A model generated the notes under the pieces. It was not told the origin of the DNA. It searched no databases and was given only the letters and a program-made list of their open reading frames with translations. 64,000 nt of DNA from Acidimicrobiia bacterium (GTDB lineage: Bacteria; Actinomycetota; Acidimicrobiia; Acidimicrobiales; Aldehydirespiratoraceae), in NCBI GenBank assembly GCA_024421085.1, contig JAHQYN010000005.1, positions 2,368 to 66,367 of the forward strand, in the 5' to 3' direction. Below, one piece after another: positions 27,600 through 38,842 of this stretch; positions within the stretch are counted from its first letter, which is position 1, and each line of letters starts with the position of its first letter. A program made the translations under genes and the position numbers.

Positions 27600-29611
27600 G
27601 ACGCCACCCCGGCCCCCCGACGGGTACCGACGCCGTTGCGCGCCCCGCTGTGCCGGTGCCGCTGCGCCAGCACCACCGGCACGGCCCCGCCCCCGCTCAG
27701 GTCGACTCCGGTCCCCTGGCTGCCCCCCGCGGGAGGCGAGGCCGATGCCACGACATGCTCGATTCCGTAGCCCGTGCAGGCACCGCAGTCGTAGCAGGGT
27801 ATCCAACGGCAGTCTTCCAAGCCCAGTTCATTGAGGGAGTCGCGCCAGTCCTGCCACAGGAAGTCCTTGTGCAGCCCCGCCGAGAGGTGGTCCCAGGCAA
27901 GCACCTCGTCTTGTGTGCGGTGACGGTGGACGTACCAGTCGACATCGCAGCCGTTGACTGCCATGGCCTCGAGCCAGAGGTCGTAGTTGAAGTGCTCAGA
28001 CCACTCCTGGAACGTGCCGCCCTTGCGCCAGACATACTCGATCACAGGACCTAGGCGGCGGTCGCCGCGACTGGTGATGCCCTCTGCGAGAGTTGCCTTT
28101 GGATCGTGCCATTTGAGCTGCACGCCGGGGGTCCGTCGCAGATCATCGCGCAGCAGCCCGATCTTGCGCGACAGCTCAGTCACGGTGTTCTGACCGAACC
28201 ACTGGAACGGCGTGAACGGCTTAGGCACGAAACCGCCCACGGAGACCGTCACCGACGGTGAGGAGTGGTGACTGCGGCCGAGCGCCACACAGTTGCGGGC
28301 GAGCTCGGCGATACCGAGTGTGTCCTCGTCGGTCTCGGTCGGAAGCCCGGTCAGAAAATACAGCTTCATGCGCCGCCAACCCTGGCTGTAGGCGCTCTCG
28401 ACCGCTCCGTAGAGGTCCTCCTCACGGATGAGCTTGTTGATGACCTGGCGCATCCGCCAAGAACCCGCCTCGGGCGCGAAGGTCAGACCGGTGCGGCGAG
28501 CCCGCTGGATCTGCGCGGCGATGCCGACCGTGAACGCGTCCACCCTCAGGCTCGGCAGAGCGACGCTCACCTGGTCGCACCCGGCGTCGCTGACCGTCTC
28601 GCCGATCACCTGCTCGATACCGCTGAAATCCGCGGTCGAGAGCGACGTCAGCGCAACCTCGTCGTATCCCGTGCGGGTCAGACCGTCGCTGATCATGGCG
28701 CGAACCTGCTCGGCAGGACGCTCCCGGACAGGCCGGGTGATCATCCCCGCCTGACAGAACCGGCAACCCCTGGTGCAACCCCTGAAGACCTCCACCGACA
28801 GCCGGTCATGCACGACCTCTGTCAAGGGAACGAGCTGGTTCCTTGGATAGGGCCAGTCGCCGAGGTCGGCGACCGTGCGCTTCTCCACCGTGGCCGGGAC
28901 ATCACCGTAGCGGGGCACAACCTCGGCGATGAACCCGCCGGAGTAGGCCACCTGATACACCGAAGGGACGTAGACCCCGGCGATCTTCGACAGCTCCCTC
29001 AGCAGCGAGGAGCGGGCGCCGCCAGGACGCCCCGTTCGCTTCGAGCCGCACAACCGCTTCCAGTCGCGCAGCAACTCGGTGATCTCGCCGACGACCTCTT
29101 CGCCGTCGCCGAGCACCACGAAATCGACGAACTCGGCGATCGGTTCGGGGTTGTAGGTGCAGTGCCCGCCCACACCGATCAGCGGATCGTCGTCTGCGCG
29201 TGAATCCGCGTGGATCGGAACCCCAGCGAGATCGATGCAGTTGAGCAGGTTGGTGTAGGTCAGTTCGGCGCTGAGGTTGAACGCAATGACATCGAAGTCG
29301 CCTGCGGGGCGATGCGTGTCGACCGAGAACAGCGGCAACCGGTCACGTCGCAGCAGGGCTTCAAGGTCGGTCCAGGGCGAATAGGCACGTTCGGCCGCGG
29401 CGTCGTCACGCTCATTGAGAATCTCATAGAGGATCTGCAGACCCTGGTTGGGCAGCCCGATCTCGTAGGTGTCGGGGTAGGTCAGCAACCAGCTGACGAT
29501 GCCGGGACCGTGAGTCGGCGTCTGCGCGCCCTGCTCGCAACCGATGTAGCGCGCCGGCTTCTGTACCTGCGGAAGCAGATTCTCAAGACGGGGCCAAAGC
29601 GACGCGGACAC
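27596..29611 (-). CDS. B12-binding radical SAM protein (TIGR03960-like)
   Basis: VQKPARYIG, YPDTYEIGLPN, CTRGCRFC, GLTFAPEAG. Confidence 0.92.
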   Translation of the reverse strand: MSASLWPRLENLLPQVQKPARYIGCEQGAQTPTHGPGIVSWLLTYPDTYEIGLPNQGLQILYEILNERDDAAAERAYSPWTDLEALLRRDRLPLFSVDTHRPAGDFDVIAFNLSAELTYTNLLNCIDLAGVPIHADSRADDDPLIGVGGHCTYNPEPIAEFVDFVVLGDGEEVVGEITELLRDWKRLCGSKRTGRPGGARSSLLRELSKIAGVYVPSVYQVAYSGGFIAEVVPRYGDVPATVEKRTVADLGDWPYPRNQLVPLTEVVHDRLSVEVFRGCTRGCRFCQAGMITRPVRERPAEQVRAMISDGLTRTGYDEVALTSLSTADFSGIEQVIGETVSDAGCDQVSVALPSLRVDAFTVGIAAQIQRARRTGLTFAPEAGSWRMRQVINKLIREEDLYGAVESAYSQGWRRMKLYFLTGLPTETDEDTLGIAELARNCVALGRSHHSSPSVTVSVGGFVPKPFTPFQWFGQNTVTELSRKIGLLRDDLRRTPGVQLKWHDPKATLAEGITSRGDRRLGPVIEYVWRKGGTFQEWSEHFNYDLWLEAMAVNGCDVDWYVHRHRTQDEVLAWDHLSAGLHKDFLWQDWRDSLNELGLEDCRWIPCYDCGACTGYGIEHVVASASPPAGGSQGTGVDLSGGGAVPVVLAQRHRHSGARNGVGTRRGAGVAS

Positions 29612-29653
29612 TCATTGAGGCTACCCGCCCGCCCGCCGGACCAGCGCTCCGCC

Positions 29654-30838
29654 TCAACTGCGGTCCGCGAAATCGAAGCGGCGGCGGTAGACGCCCATGA
29701 CCAGGCCCAGCGCCACCATCGAGGTGAGCATTGACGACCCGCCGTAGGAGACCAGCGGGAGCGGAATCCCGGTCACCGGCATCATCCCCATGGTCATGCC
29801 GGCGCTCTGGAAGACCTGGAACAGGAACATCGCCATGACCCCGACGGTCAACAAGCGGTCGAACGAGTCGGTCGCGCGCACCGCGATCCGCCAGATCCGA
29901 AACAGCATCAGCGCATACAGCCCCAGCAGCAGGCCCGCCCCCCGAAAACCCAGCTCCTCGCCTGCCACCGAGAAAATGAAGTCCGTCTGCTGTTCGGGAA
30001 CAAGGTTAGAGCGGGTCTGCGTGCCCTGGAACAGGCCCCGGCCCGACAGCCCCCCGTTGCCGATGGCGATCTGCGACTGCTCCACGTTGAACGCCGCGCG
30101 CGCCGCCTCAGGCCCCAGCGCAATCAGCTCGTCCTGATCGAGGATGAACACCTGGAGCCGGTGCTCCTGAAACTCCGCAAGGACGTCGGACTGGAAGAGC
30201 ACTGCCACGCCGGCAACCGCGATCACGGCCAGACCGGCAATGAACCGCAGCTTGACCCCGCTCATGGCGATCATCGCCGCGACGATGACGACGTAGACGA
30301 GGATCGTTCCCACATCGGGCTGTCGCAGGATCAAAAGGACCGGCAGACCGGCGAGGCCCAGGGCCCGCAGCAGCCGCTTCGCCCGCACCTCCTCGACCGA
30401 CAGGACCGCCGCGAGAACGACAATGAGCACCACCTTGCCCGGCTCCGACGGCTGGAAACTGAACCCGGCGAAGCTGTACCAGGCACGGATTCCCCTCACG
30501 TTCTCGCCGAACGCCAGCAGACCGCCGAGCACAAGCAGCAGACCGACGTAGGCCGCGGGCAACGACGCCCGCAACGAGCGCACACTGAGATGCGCGACCA
30601 GAACGGCACCGAGCAGACCCAGGACCGCGAACGCCGCCTGACGTTCAAGGAACGAGTAGTCGACCGGTTCGAGCGGTGTCGCCGAGCCGCGGGTGGCGGA
30701 GAAGACGAGCACCGCTCCCATCGCGGTGATCAGCAGCACCGTGGCAATGAGCACCGGGTCCAGCACGAACCACCAGCGCTGGTCGTCCTCAGCAGCGAGC
30801 CGGGGGGGACGCGAAGTGAACGTGCCCGGGGCCGTCAC
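29654..30838 (-). CDS. rodA: Rod shape-determining SEDS protein RodA
   Basis: FQPSE, QPDVGT, QSQIAIGNGG, PEQQTDFIF, PVTGIPLPLVSYGGSS. Confidence 0.93.
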   Translation of the reverse strand: MTAPGTFTSRPPRLAAEDDQRWWFVLDPVLIATVLLITAMGAVLVFSATRGSATPLEPVDYSFLERQAAFAVLGLLGAVLVAHLSVRSLRASLPAAYVGLLLVLGGLLAFGENVRGIRAWYSFAGFSFQPSEPGKVVLIVVLAAVLSVEEVRAKRLLRALGLAGLPVLLILRQPDVGTILVYVVIVAAMIAMSGVKLRFIAGLAVIAVAGVAVLFQSDVLAEFQEHRLQVFILDQDELIALGPEAARAAFNVEQSQIAIGNGGLSGRGLFQGTQTRSNLVPEQQTDFIFSVAGEELGFRGAGLLLGLYALMLFRIWRIAVRATDSFDRLLTVGVMAMFLFQVFQSAGMTMGMMPVTGIPLPLVSYGGSSMLTSMVALGLVMGVYRRRFDFADRS

Positions 30839-32964
30839 TGCGATCCTTCCTCTGCCGGGATCCCCTGTCGTGCGGCATCGCGCGCCGCCAGCAGAGCTTC
30901 GATGCGAGCAGCCTGCTGGGTTTCTGACTCATCGAGCGTCAACGCCCGGGGCAGGTTGCTGCGGGCGATGGGCTCGAGTATCGCGGCCGCGACGGGCGCG
31001 GCGGCGGCGCTGCCGAACCCGCTCTCCTCCATCACCACCGCGACCGCGATCTCGGGGGGGCCGTTCACGTCTAGGCCGAGTTCGGGGAAGTCGTTGGGGC
31101 CCCAGGCCACGAAGAGGCTCGTGTCCGCCTTCCCATCGACTTCAGCGGTGCCGGTCTTGCCGGCCACCGGCCACGCGTCGATGGGGAAGGTCCCGCCCTG
31201 GAAGGCACTGGCGGCAGTGCCGCGGACCCCGCCGAGTCTGGGCACCCCCAACAACCCGCGGATGATCGGCTCGGTCACCTCGGGTCCCAGGTCGAGCTCG
31301 TCTGACACCCTCGGGCCGAACTCGACGATCGGAACGCCCTGCGGACTCGCGACCCTCAGCGCGACATTGGGTTGGTGGCGGGCGCCGCCGTTGGCGAACG
31401 TGGCATAGGTGTTGGCGAGCTGGATCGGCGTCACCAACACGTCGCCCTGGCCTATCGACAACAAGATGGTGTCGCCCGCGAACCACTGGTCCCCGTCACG
31501 GATGAAGACGCCCTCGGAGAACTTCTGATCGAAGTAGTCGCGGTCCGGCACCACGCCGGACCGCTCGTAGGGAAGCTGCACGCCGGTGGCGCCTCCGAGA
31601 CCCAGGCGCCTCGCAGTCGTCTGGATCCCCTCGTCGCCCTGCGGCCCGCGCTCGCGGGTGAAGAACCCCTCCCCGGCGAGCCGATAGAAGTAGACGTCGC
31701 TCGACACCGTCAGCGCGTCGGCCAGGTCGACGAAGCGCGAGCCCGTGAAGGGACTGTCGAACGCGCAGGTTCCCTCCAGTTCGGTGCCGGTCTCGCAGAA
31801 CGGGTAGACGTAGCTCCCTTCGTCGTCGACAAACTGGTCCGGCCCGCCGTAGAGCTCGTCGATCACGCTGTGCTCCAGCGCCGCCACGGAAGTGACCAGC
31901 TTCCAAGTCGAGCCCGGAGCGTAGGAACCCTGGATGGCCCGGTTGAGGATCGGTGAGTAGTTGTCCTCGGAAGTCAGCAGATTGAACTCCTCGGTGGAGA
32001 TTCCAGTGGCGAACTGCGACGGGTCGTAGGTCGGGAACGACGCCATCACCAGCACGTCGCCGTTCCGGGGATCGATCGCGACCACCGATCCGGCCGGGGC
32101 CAAGACGTCCGGCTCCTCCGACTCGAGACGGGTCTTGAGCAGCCCCAGCGCGAGCTGCTCCTCGGCGCGGGCCTGCAAGTCGATGTCGATCGTCAGCCAC
32201 ACGTCGTTGCCGGGTATGGGCGCCACGCCGGGATGCTCGCGAATGACCTCGCCCACATTGTTGACCTCCAGTCGGCGAACTCCGGGAACGCCGCGCAGTT
32301 CGAGCTCGAAGATCCTCTCGATGCCGGTCTTGCCGATCCGGCTGTTCGGCCGGTAGGTCTTGGCATCGGGCGCGTCGGGGTCGAGGTTGGCGTTCGCCTG
32401 CTGCTGCTCTGCCAGGGTGACGGGGCCCACGTAGCCCAGCAGGTGAGCGGCGAGACTGCCGAAGGGGTAGTTGCGGATCCTGCGCTGCTCCACGCGCACG
32501 CCGGGGAACTGCTCGGGGCGCTCCCCCAGATACACCATCAGCTTGGAGTTGACATCGACCGCGATCGGAATCCGGTCGAAGGGCCCATAGCGGGGATCAG
32601 CGACCTCAGCGGCGATGGTCGACACCTTGGTCGGCCGACCGGAGCGGCTGATCGCCACCGCGAGCCTGCCGAAGACCTCCTGGGCCTCGTCTTCAGAAAT
32701 GGCCTCGAGGACGTTGCGGTCGAACGTCACGACCTGCACGACCTTGTTGTCGACTAGGACCCGACCATTGCGGTCGAGGATCCGCCCCCGCGGCGCCTCT
32801 TCGAAGACCGGCTCGAACACGTTGGTCACCGCCTCCCCGCTCAACACCTCGTGCTCGATGCCTTGCAGGAACCACAGCCGGGCGACCAGGGCGCCGAAGA
32901 GGATCAACGCCACGAACGCGAAGATCCGCAGCCGCAGCTTCAAGGGGTCGTCGTCGACGGCCAT
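30835..32964 (-). CDS. mrdA: Penicillin-binding protein 2
   Basis: APRGRILDRNG, SxxK (STWK), SSD, KTGTAE. Confidence 0.93.
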   Translation of the reverse strand: MAVDDDPLKLRLRIFAFVALILFGALVARLWFLQGIEHEVLSGEAVTNVFEPVFEEAPRGRILDRNGRVLVDNKVVQVVTFDRNVLEAISEDEAQEVFGRLAVAISRSGRPTKVSTIAAEVADPRYGPFDRIPIAVDVNSKLMVYLGERPEQFPGVRVEQRRIRNYPFGSLAAHLLGYVGPVTLAEQQQANANLDPDAPDAKTYRPNSRIGKTGIERIFELELRGVPGVRRLEVNNVGEVIREHPGVAPIPGNDVWLTIDIDLQARAEEQLALGLLKTRLESEEPDVLAPAGSVVAIDPRNGDVLVMASFPTYDPSQFATGISTEEFNLLTSEDNYSPILNRAIQGSYAPGSTWKLVTSVAALEHSVIDELYGGPDQFVDDEGSYVYPFCETGTELEGTCAFDSPFTGSRFVDLADALTVSSDVYFYRLAGEGFFTRERGPQGDEGIQTTARRLGLGGATGVQLPYERSGVVPDRDYFDQKFSEGVFIRDGDQWFAGDTILLSIGQGDVLVTPIQLANTYATFANGGARHQPNVALRVASPQGVPIVEFGPRVSDELDLGPEVTEPIIRGLLGVPRLGGVRGTAASAFQGGTFPIDAWPVAGKTGTAEVDGKADTSLFVAWGPNDFPELGLDVNGPPEIAVAVVMEESGFGSAAAAPVAAAILEPIARSNLPRALTLDESETQQAARIEALLAARDAARQGIPAEEGSQ

Positions 32965-32982
32965 GGTCTCAAGCCTCCAGAA

Positions 32983-33492
32983 TCATCGAACGGCTCCCGC
33001 ACCTTCGAGTCCCGTCGGGGGTCCGATGGACCAGGCCAGCAAGGGACGTGTCAACGGCGCCGCCAGAGCATTGATCGCCCCGGCGATCAGCGCGACACGC
33101 AGCATCTCCAGATCGACCAGGCCGCGTTGTCCCATGACCTCGCCCAGCAGGGCGTAGCCGACGACCGCGGCGAAGGTGCCGAACCCGGCGATCGTGGCCA
33201 ACTGCAGCTTCGAGTCTCGGAACAGCTCCGCTCCGCCGGCCGCGGCCGCGAAGGAGACCACGACGAAGACGATCGCCGACAGGCCCAGCGGAGTGGGGAG
33301 GTAGACGTCCCAGAACAGGCCCGCGGCGAACGCCGCGGTCGGTCCGCGCCGCGGCCCGAACCAGTAGCCGAACATCACCGCGAGAAGAACGAGCAGCTCA
33401 GGCGCCACCCCCGAGACCCGGACGTCGGCGAACACGGTGACCTGCACGACCACCGCCAAGAGGATAAGTGCGCCCAGCCTCAAGGGGATCAT
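32983..33492 (-). CDS. mreD: Rod shape-determining protein MreD
   Basis: Hydrophobic 169-aa protein between mreC and mrdA. Confidence 0.85.
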   Translation of the reverse strand: MIPLRLGALILLAVVVQVTVFADVRVSGVAPELLVLLAVMFGYWFGPRRGPTAAFAAGLFWDVYLPTPLGLSAIVFVVVSFAAAAGGAELFRDSKLQLATIAGFGTFAAVVGYALLGEVMGQRGLVDLEMLRVALIAGAINALAAPLTRPLLAWSIGPPTGLEGAGAVR

Positions 33493-34445
33493 TGGTTCAC
33501 CTCGTCGGCGCCGCCCTCTTCGGGAGGATCAAGCAGGTCGGGGTCGAGGTCGAGGGGCACGCTGGTGCTCGGCACGACCTCTGCGGGTGCCGGATCCTCG
33601 CGCTGGGCAGTGATCAGCACCGACACGAATGCCAGGTCCTCGACGTCGTTGGCCAACTCCACGAGGACCTCCAGAGACAAGTCGTCGGCAGCGGGGCGCA
33701 CTTCGACGACCCGCCCTATGGGAACATCGGCGGTGTAGCGCGAGTCTGCATCGGTCACGACCGCGGAACCGACCTCCGGCAACAGCGCCGTGTCTGTGAT
33801 CCTCGGCCAGTTCGGGCCCTGATTGACGATGAACATCCCCGGTTCGCCGGGGACCGCGTGACCGAGGCCCACATCGTTGGTGGAGACCAGCCGCACTCCG
33901 ACGAGCAGGCTCGGATCGCTCAGCAGCTGGACCGTCGAGGTGACCCCGTCGACCCGCTCGACGCGTCCCACCAGCCCCGCGCCGGTGACTACTGCCATCC
34001 CCTCTGACAGGCCGTGGCGGTGTCCCTTGTCGATCGTGACGACGTCGCCCGCGAAGTTGCCGACCGGTCCCCTCGCGACGCGGGCCGCAACGGTCGTGAC
34101 GTCTGCGGCATAGGGAAGGTCCAACGACTCCAGGAGCTGCTGGTATGCACTGCTGTCGGCCTCGGCCTGGATCGCCGCGCCGCGCACCGCGTCGAGCTCT
34201 TGGCGCAGGGCCGCGTTCTCGGCTTCGAGCTCGTCGTAATCGAACAGGGAATTCCAGAGGTCGCCGACCGGTGAGAAGACCGCGGAGGCCAACGTGTTGA
34301 CAGGATGCAGGAGGTCGCGAACCAGTCCCTGCGCCGTGCGCGCCGACTCGAAGCCGCGCAGATCGAGGGTCAACAAGGTGATGGCGACGAGCGTGAGCAA
34401 AACCAGACGGTGACGGACCCGCCCCGTCTGCTGAGCCGGCGCCAT
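33489..34445 (-). CDS. mreC: Rod shape-determining protein MreC
   Basis: TM + coiled coil, TIDKG, GLVGRV, VPIGRV. Confidence 0.9.
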   Translation of the reverse strand: MAPAQQTGRVRHRLVLLTLVAITLLTLDLRGFESARTAQGLVRDLLHPVNTLASAVFSPVGDLWNSLFDYDELEAENAALRQELDAVRGAAIQAEADSSAYQQLLESLDLPYAADVTTVAARVARGPVGNFAGDVVTIDKGHRHGLSEGMAVVTGAGLVGRVERVDGVTSTVQLLSDPSLLVGVRLVSTNDVGLGHAVPGEPGMFIVNQGPNWPRITDTALLPEVGSAVVTDADSRYTADVPIGRVVEVRPAADDLSLEVLVELANDVEDLAFVSVLITAQREDPAPAEVVPSTSVPLDLDPDLLDPPEEGGADEVNQ

Positions 34446-34460
34446 GAAACCGCCTTGCGG

Positions 34461-35522
34461 TTACAGCTCGCCGGAGCTGAAGACTACGTCCTTCAGGGCC
34501 TCGAACTCCTCGAGGACTTGGCCTGACCCGACAGCAACCGCGTACAGCGGCCGGGGGGCGATCCGCACCGGCATCCCCGTCTCGTCGGCCAGCCGCTGGT
34601 CGATGTTGCGCAGCAGCACTCCCCCGCCCGCCAAGGTTATGCCGCGCTCCATGATGTCTGCGGCAAGGTCGGGCGGGGTCTGGTCGAGGGTCGACTTGAC
34701 AGCATCGCAGACCGCCACGATCGGCTCCTCGAGCGCACCGCGGATGTCTTTGGTGCTCACGACGATGCTGCGGGGCAGGCCGGTGACGAGGTCTCGTCCG
34801 CGGACCTCGGCGCACAGCTCCTGCTCGAGCGGCGCCGCCGAACCGATCTGAACCTTCACTTGCTCAGCAGTGCGCTCACCGAGCGCAAGGCCGTGCTCTT
34901 TCTTGACGTGCTGGGCGATCGCATCATCGAGCTCGTCGCCGCCGACCCGGACCGACTGGCTCGCCACCACCCCGCCGAGGGAGATGACCGCGACCTCGGT
35001 GGTCCCACCGCCGATATCGACGATCATGTTGCCGGTCGGCTCCTGGACGGGAAGGCCGGCACCGATCGCTGCGGCCATGGGCTCCTCGATTATGTAGGCC
35101 GGCTTGCTCGCGCCCGCGTACTCCGCCGCCTCCTGCACGGCGCGCTGCTCGACACCGGTGATTCCCGAAGGAACCGCGATGACCATGCGCGGGCGGGCCC
35201 ACTTGCGCTGATGCACCTTGCGGATGAAGTAGCGGAGCATCTTCTCGCAGATCTCGAAGTCCGCGATGACACCGTCCTTTAGCGGGCGTATGGCCCGAAT
35301 ATTGGCAGGGGTGCGTCCGATCATCCGTTTCGCGTCAGAACCCACGGCCAAGGGGCGGTTGTCGGTGGTGTCGATGGCGACCACCGACGGTTCGTCGAGC
35401 ACCACGCCCTCGCCGCGCACATAAACCAGCGTGTTGGCGGTGCCGAGGTCGACTGCCATGTCGCGGCCCATCGCGGCCCGCAGACCACCGCCCAGAGCGT
35501 TCTTGAATGAGTCTGAAGCCAT
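34461..35522 (-). CDS. mreB: Rod shape-determining protein MreB
   Basis: DLGTANT, RPLKDGVIADF, EEPMAAAIGAG, DIGGGTTE. Confidence 0.96.
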   Translation of the reverse strand: MASDSFKNALGGGLRAAMGRDMAVDLGTANTLVYVRGEGVVLDEPSVVAIDTTDNRPLAVGSDAKRMIGRTPANIRAIRPLKDGVIADFEICEKMLRYFIRKVHQRKWARPRMVIAVPSGITGVEQRAVQEAAEYAGASKPAYIIEEPMAAAIGAGLPVQEPTGNMIVDIGGGTTEVAVISLGGVVASQSVRVGGDELDDAIAQHVKKEHGLALGERTAEQVKVQIGSAAPLEQELCAEVRGRDLVTGLPRSIVVSTKDIRGALEEPIVAVCDAVKSTLDQTPPDLAADIMERGITLAGGGVLLRNIDQRLADETGMPVRIAPRPLYAVAVGSGQVLEEFEALKDVVFSSGEL

Positions 35523-35709
35523 TAGCCCATCACCTCGTTCCGGTCGGCGTGCTCGGCCGGGAGAACCCGGCACGCACGGTGCTGTTCCCCCGCGCGCCAG
35601 TGTACGCAGAAACGTCGGCGCCGTGCCAAGAATCGACTGCACGCGCGCCGTCATCGGCGAACCGCGGTGCGGGGATGCCCGAGCCGGTCGCTGCAGCCGT
35701 CATCTGGGG

Positions 35710-36126
35710 TCAGCCTCGGCTCAGGCCCGGGAAGAAGATCGCAATCTCACGTTCCGCGGACTCAGCGGAGTCACTCCCGTGAATCAAGTTCTCCGTGAAC
35801 TGCCAGCCCAGGTCTCCTCGGATCGTTCCGGGCGCCGCCGCCAGCGGATCCGTCGTGCCCATCATCTCCCGCACCACCCGCCAAGTATCGGGGACGCCCC
35901 CCACGACCGCGGCCAGCACCGGACCCCGGCTCATGAACGCGACCAGGTCGGGGTAGAACGGCTTGCCCTGATGTTCTGCGTAGTGGTCGGCGAGGATCTC
36001 TTCGTCGAGGACCCTGAGCTCCGCCGCCGCCAGCGTCAGCCCCTTGCGCTCGAAGCGCCCGAGGATCTCACCCACCAGACCCCGCTGCACCGCGTCCGGT
36101 TTGCAGATGATCAGAGTTCGGTCCAT
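35710..36126 (-). CDS. ndk: Nucleoside diphosphate kinase
   Basis: KPDAVQRGLVGEI, PGTIRGD, NLIHGSDS. Confidence 0.97.
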   Translation of the reverse strand: MDRTLIICKPDAVQRGLVGEILGRFERKGLTLAAAELRVLDEEILADHYAEHQGKPFYPDLVAFMSRGPVLAAVVGGVPDTWRVVREMMGTTDPLAAAPGTIRGDLGWQFTENLIHGSDSAESAEREIAIFFPGLSRG

Positions 36127-36226
36127 GCGCTGGAAGGCTACCCCGTCGATTCAAAACGGCACCGCGATTCGAAACAGCACCGCGATTTCCAACCTCACCG
36201 CGCGCCTGGCGCGGGCGCGGTCACAG

Positions 36227-37513
36227 CTACAGCTCAGCGGCGAATTCGCGTGCGACCTCCAACACGGTCACGGACCCCGCAACCACGATCAGGTCCTCGT
36301 CGTCGGCCTGGTCGATGACGAAGTCCAAGGCTGTCGCGACGTCTGCAACGGCATCGGCGCGCGCTCCCAACGAGACTGCGGTGTCACGCAGGACGTCCGC
36401 CGCAACACCGCGGGGTGTGGGCGCGGTGGTGGTGACCAGCAGGTCGAAGCCCGCCGCGCCGAGGGCTTCGAGAACCTCCGCCGGATCCCGCCCGTCCTGG
36501 ATTCCGAAGACCAGGAATCGACGGTTGAGACCGCCGAAATCCTCCTCGAGCGACCTGGCCAGCGCCTGCGCGCCCGGCGGGTTGTGGGCCGCATCGAGCA
36601 GGATCAACGGACCGCGGTGGACCACCTCGAGCCGGCCCGGCGCCTCCACTGAAGTTAGGGCCTCCGCCAACACTTCTGAGCTGAGCGGTGCGTCGAAGAA
36701 CTCCTCAACGGCACACACCGCCGACGCGGCGTTGTGCCCCTGATGGGCGCCGTGCAGTCCGACGAACACATCAGAATGGGTTGCTCTCGGCGTTTCGACG
36801 CGCAACAGGCGGCCGCCGAGAGCCACCTCGTTGCCCGACAAGGCGGGGGTGACGATGCTCGCTGGCAACTGTGCGGCGACCATCTCCGCGAGTTCGGCGG
36901 TGCTCTCGCCGAGCACGACACTCGAGCCGGCCTTGACGATCCCGGCCTTCTCCTGGGCCACCCGACGCCACCAGCCCGGGGCCCCGTCGGTGTGGTCACG
37001 CCCCACGTTGGTGATCACCGCGACCTGGCCGTCGACCACGTTGGTCGCGTCGAACCGCCCCAACATTCCCACCTCGACCACCGCCGCCTCGACCGCCTCG
37101 TTGGCGAAGTGCGCGAGGGCGGCCGCGGTCACCGTCTCGAACCAGCTCAGAGGCTCGAGTTGCGCCGCCTCCACTAGGCGCGCGATGTCGCCGACGGCCC
37201 GGCCAAACGTTGCCTGGTCAACTTCGGCGGCCCCGACCCGGATCCGTTCGCAGGGCGTGGCCAGATGCGGGCTCGTGTACAGACCGACCCGCAGCCCCAT
37301 TGCGCCGAGCAGCGACTCGACCATCCGCGCGGTCGAGCCCTTGCCGTTGGTGCCGGTGATGTGGACCGCGGCGAAGGCGTGCTGCGGGTCGTCGAGGAAC
37401 GCCATGACCTGACCCATCCGGTCGAGCGACAGCCCCTTGACGGCCCCTGCACGCGGCTGGACCTCGTAGTTGATCAGCCGCTCAAGATGGTTCAGCGCCT
37501 CCCGGTAGTCCAA
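36227..37513 (-). CDS. folC: Folylpolyglutamate/dihydrofolate synthase
   Basis: [35 protein letters not shown]. Confidence 0.95.
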   Translation of the reverse strand: MDYREALNHLERLINYEVQPRAGAVKGLSLDRMGQVMAFLDDPQHAFAAVHITGTNGKGSTARMVESLLGAMGLRVGLYTSPHLATPCERIRVGAAEVDQATFGRAVGDIARLVEAAQLEPLSWFETVTAAALAHFANEAVEAAVVEVGMLGRFDATNVVDGQVAVITNVGRDHTDGAPGWWRRVAQEKAGIVKAGSSVVLGESTAELAEMVAAQLPASIVTPALSGNEVALGGRLLRVETPRATHSDVFVGLHGAHQGHNAASAVCAVEEFFDAPLSSEVLAEALTSVEAPGRLEVVHRGPLILLDAAHNPPGAQALARSLEEDFGGLNRRFLVFGIQDGRDPAEVLEALGAAGFDLLVTTTAPTPRGVAADVLRDTAVSLGARADAVADVATALDFVIDQADDEDLIVVAGSVTVLEVAREFAAEL

Positions 37514-37555
37514 GCCTCAAGTCCCTTCGCCCGGGTGTCGCCAAGCCCGTTCCGC

Positions 37556-38809
37556 TCAGCTGGCGCGCAGGTTCTCGGCGCGGTCAAGCAGCACCGGCGG
37601 AACCTTCTCGAGGACCGTGTCGCGGTCGATAACCACCTGGCCCACGTCGTCGCGGCCCGGGAGGTCGTACATTGAGTCGAGCAGCACCTCTTCGAGGATG
37701 GCGCGCAGCCCGCGTGCGCCCGAGGACCGCTTGACCGCCTCCTGTGCAATGGCGAGGAGCGCGGCCTGGGTGAATTCGAGTTCGATGTTCTCGAACTCGA
37801 AGATCTTCTGGTACTGCTTGATGAGGGCGTTGCGCGGCTCAGTGAGGATCTCCACGAGTGCGCCCACTTCGAGGTGCCCCACCGAACCCTGCACCGGCAG
37901 GCGCCCGATGAACTCGGGAATCAAACCGAACTTGACGAGGTCTTCTGGCAGCACTTCGTCGAAGACTGCTCCGAGATCCTTGTCCTGCGGGCGGCGGACA
38001 TCGGCCCCGAAGCCGACGCCGCGGGTGCCGACACGATTCTCGACGATCTTCTCGATGCCTGCGAACGCCCCTCCGCAGATGAACAGCACATTGGAGGTGT
38101 CGATCTGGATGAACTCCTGGTGGGGGTGCTTGCGCCCGCCCTGGGGCGGCACCGCCGCGGTGGTTCCCTCGAGGATCTTCAACAGCGCCTGCTGGACTCC
38201 CTCGCCGGACACGTCGCGGGTGATCGACGGGTTCTCGCTCTTGCGGGCCACCTTGTCGATCTCGTCGATGTAGATGATCCCGGTCTCAGCCTTCTTGATG
38301 TCGTAGTCGGCTGCCTGGATCAGCTTCAACAGGATGTTCTCGACGTCCTCGCCGACGTACCCGGCCTCGGTGAGGGCAGTGGCGTCGGCGATCGCGAAGG
38401 GCACGTTGAGCATCCTGGCCAGGGTCTGGGCCATCAGCGTCTTGCCGCACCCGGTCGGGCCGATCAGCAGGATGTTGGACTTCGACAGTTCGACCTCGGA
38501 GTCGAGCTGGGCACCCAGCTCCACCCGCTTGTAGTGGTTGTAGACGGCCACTGAGAGGATCCGCTTGGCGTTGTCCTGGCCGACGACGTAGTCGTCTAGG
38601 AACTGGTAGATCTCGCGCGGCGAGGGCAGCACCCCCAGACTGTGCTCGGAACCCTCGGCAAGTTCCTCCTTGATGATCTCGTTGCACAGACCGATGCACT
38701 CGTCGCAGATGTAGACCCCGGGACCCGCGATCAGCTTCTGGACCTGCTTTTGCGACTTCCCGCAGAAGGAGCACTTCAGCAGTTCTCCACCTTCGCCGAA
38801 TTTGGCCAC
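37556..38809 (-). CDS. clpX: ATP-dependent Clp protease ATPase ClpX
   Basis: CSFCGK zinc finger, [29 protein letters not shown]. Confidence 0.98.
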   Translation of the reverse strand: MAKFGEGGELLKCSFCGKSQKQVQKLIAGPGVYICDECIGLCNEIIKEELAEGSEHSLGVLPSPREIYQFLDDYVVGQDNAKRILSVAVYNHYKRVELGAQLDSEVELSKSNILLIGPTGCGKTLMAQTLARMLNVPFAIADATALTEAGYVGEDVENILLKLIQAADYDIKKAETGIIYIDEIDKVARKSENPSITRDVSGEGVQQALLKILEGTTAAVPPQGGRKHPHQEFIQIDTSNVLFICGGAFAGIEKIVENRVGTRGVGFGADVRRPQDKDLGAVFDEVLPEDLVKFGLIPEFIGRLPVQGSVGHLEVGALVEILTEPRNALIKQYQKIFEFENIELEFTQAALLAIAQEAVKRSSGARGLRAILEEVLLDSMYDLPGRDDVGQVVIDRDTVLEKVPPVLLDRAENLRAS

Positions 38810-38842
38810 TGGTCCCTTCCCTGCTCTTGAATTCGGTCGAAT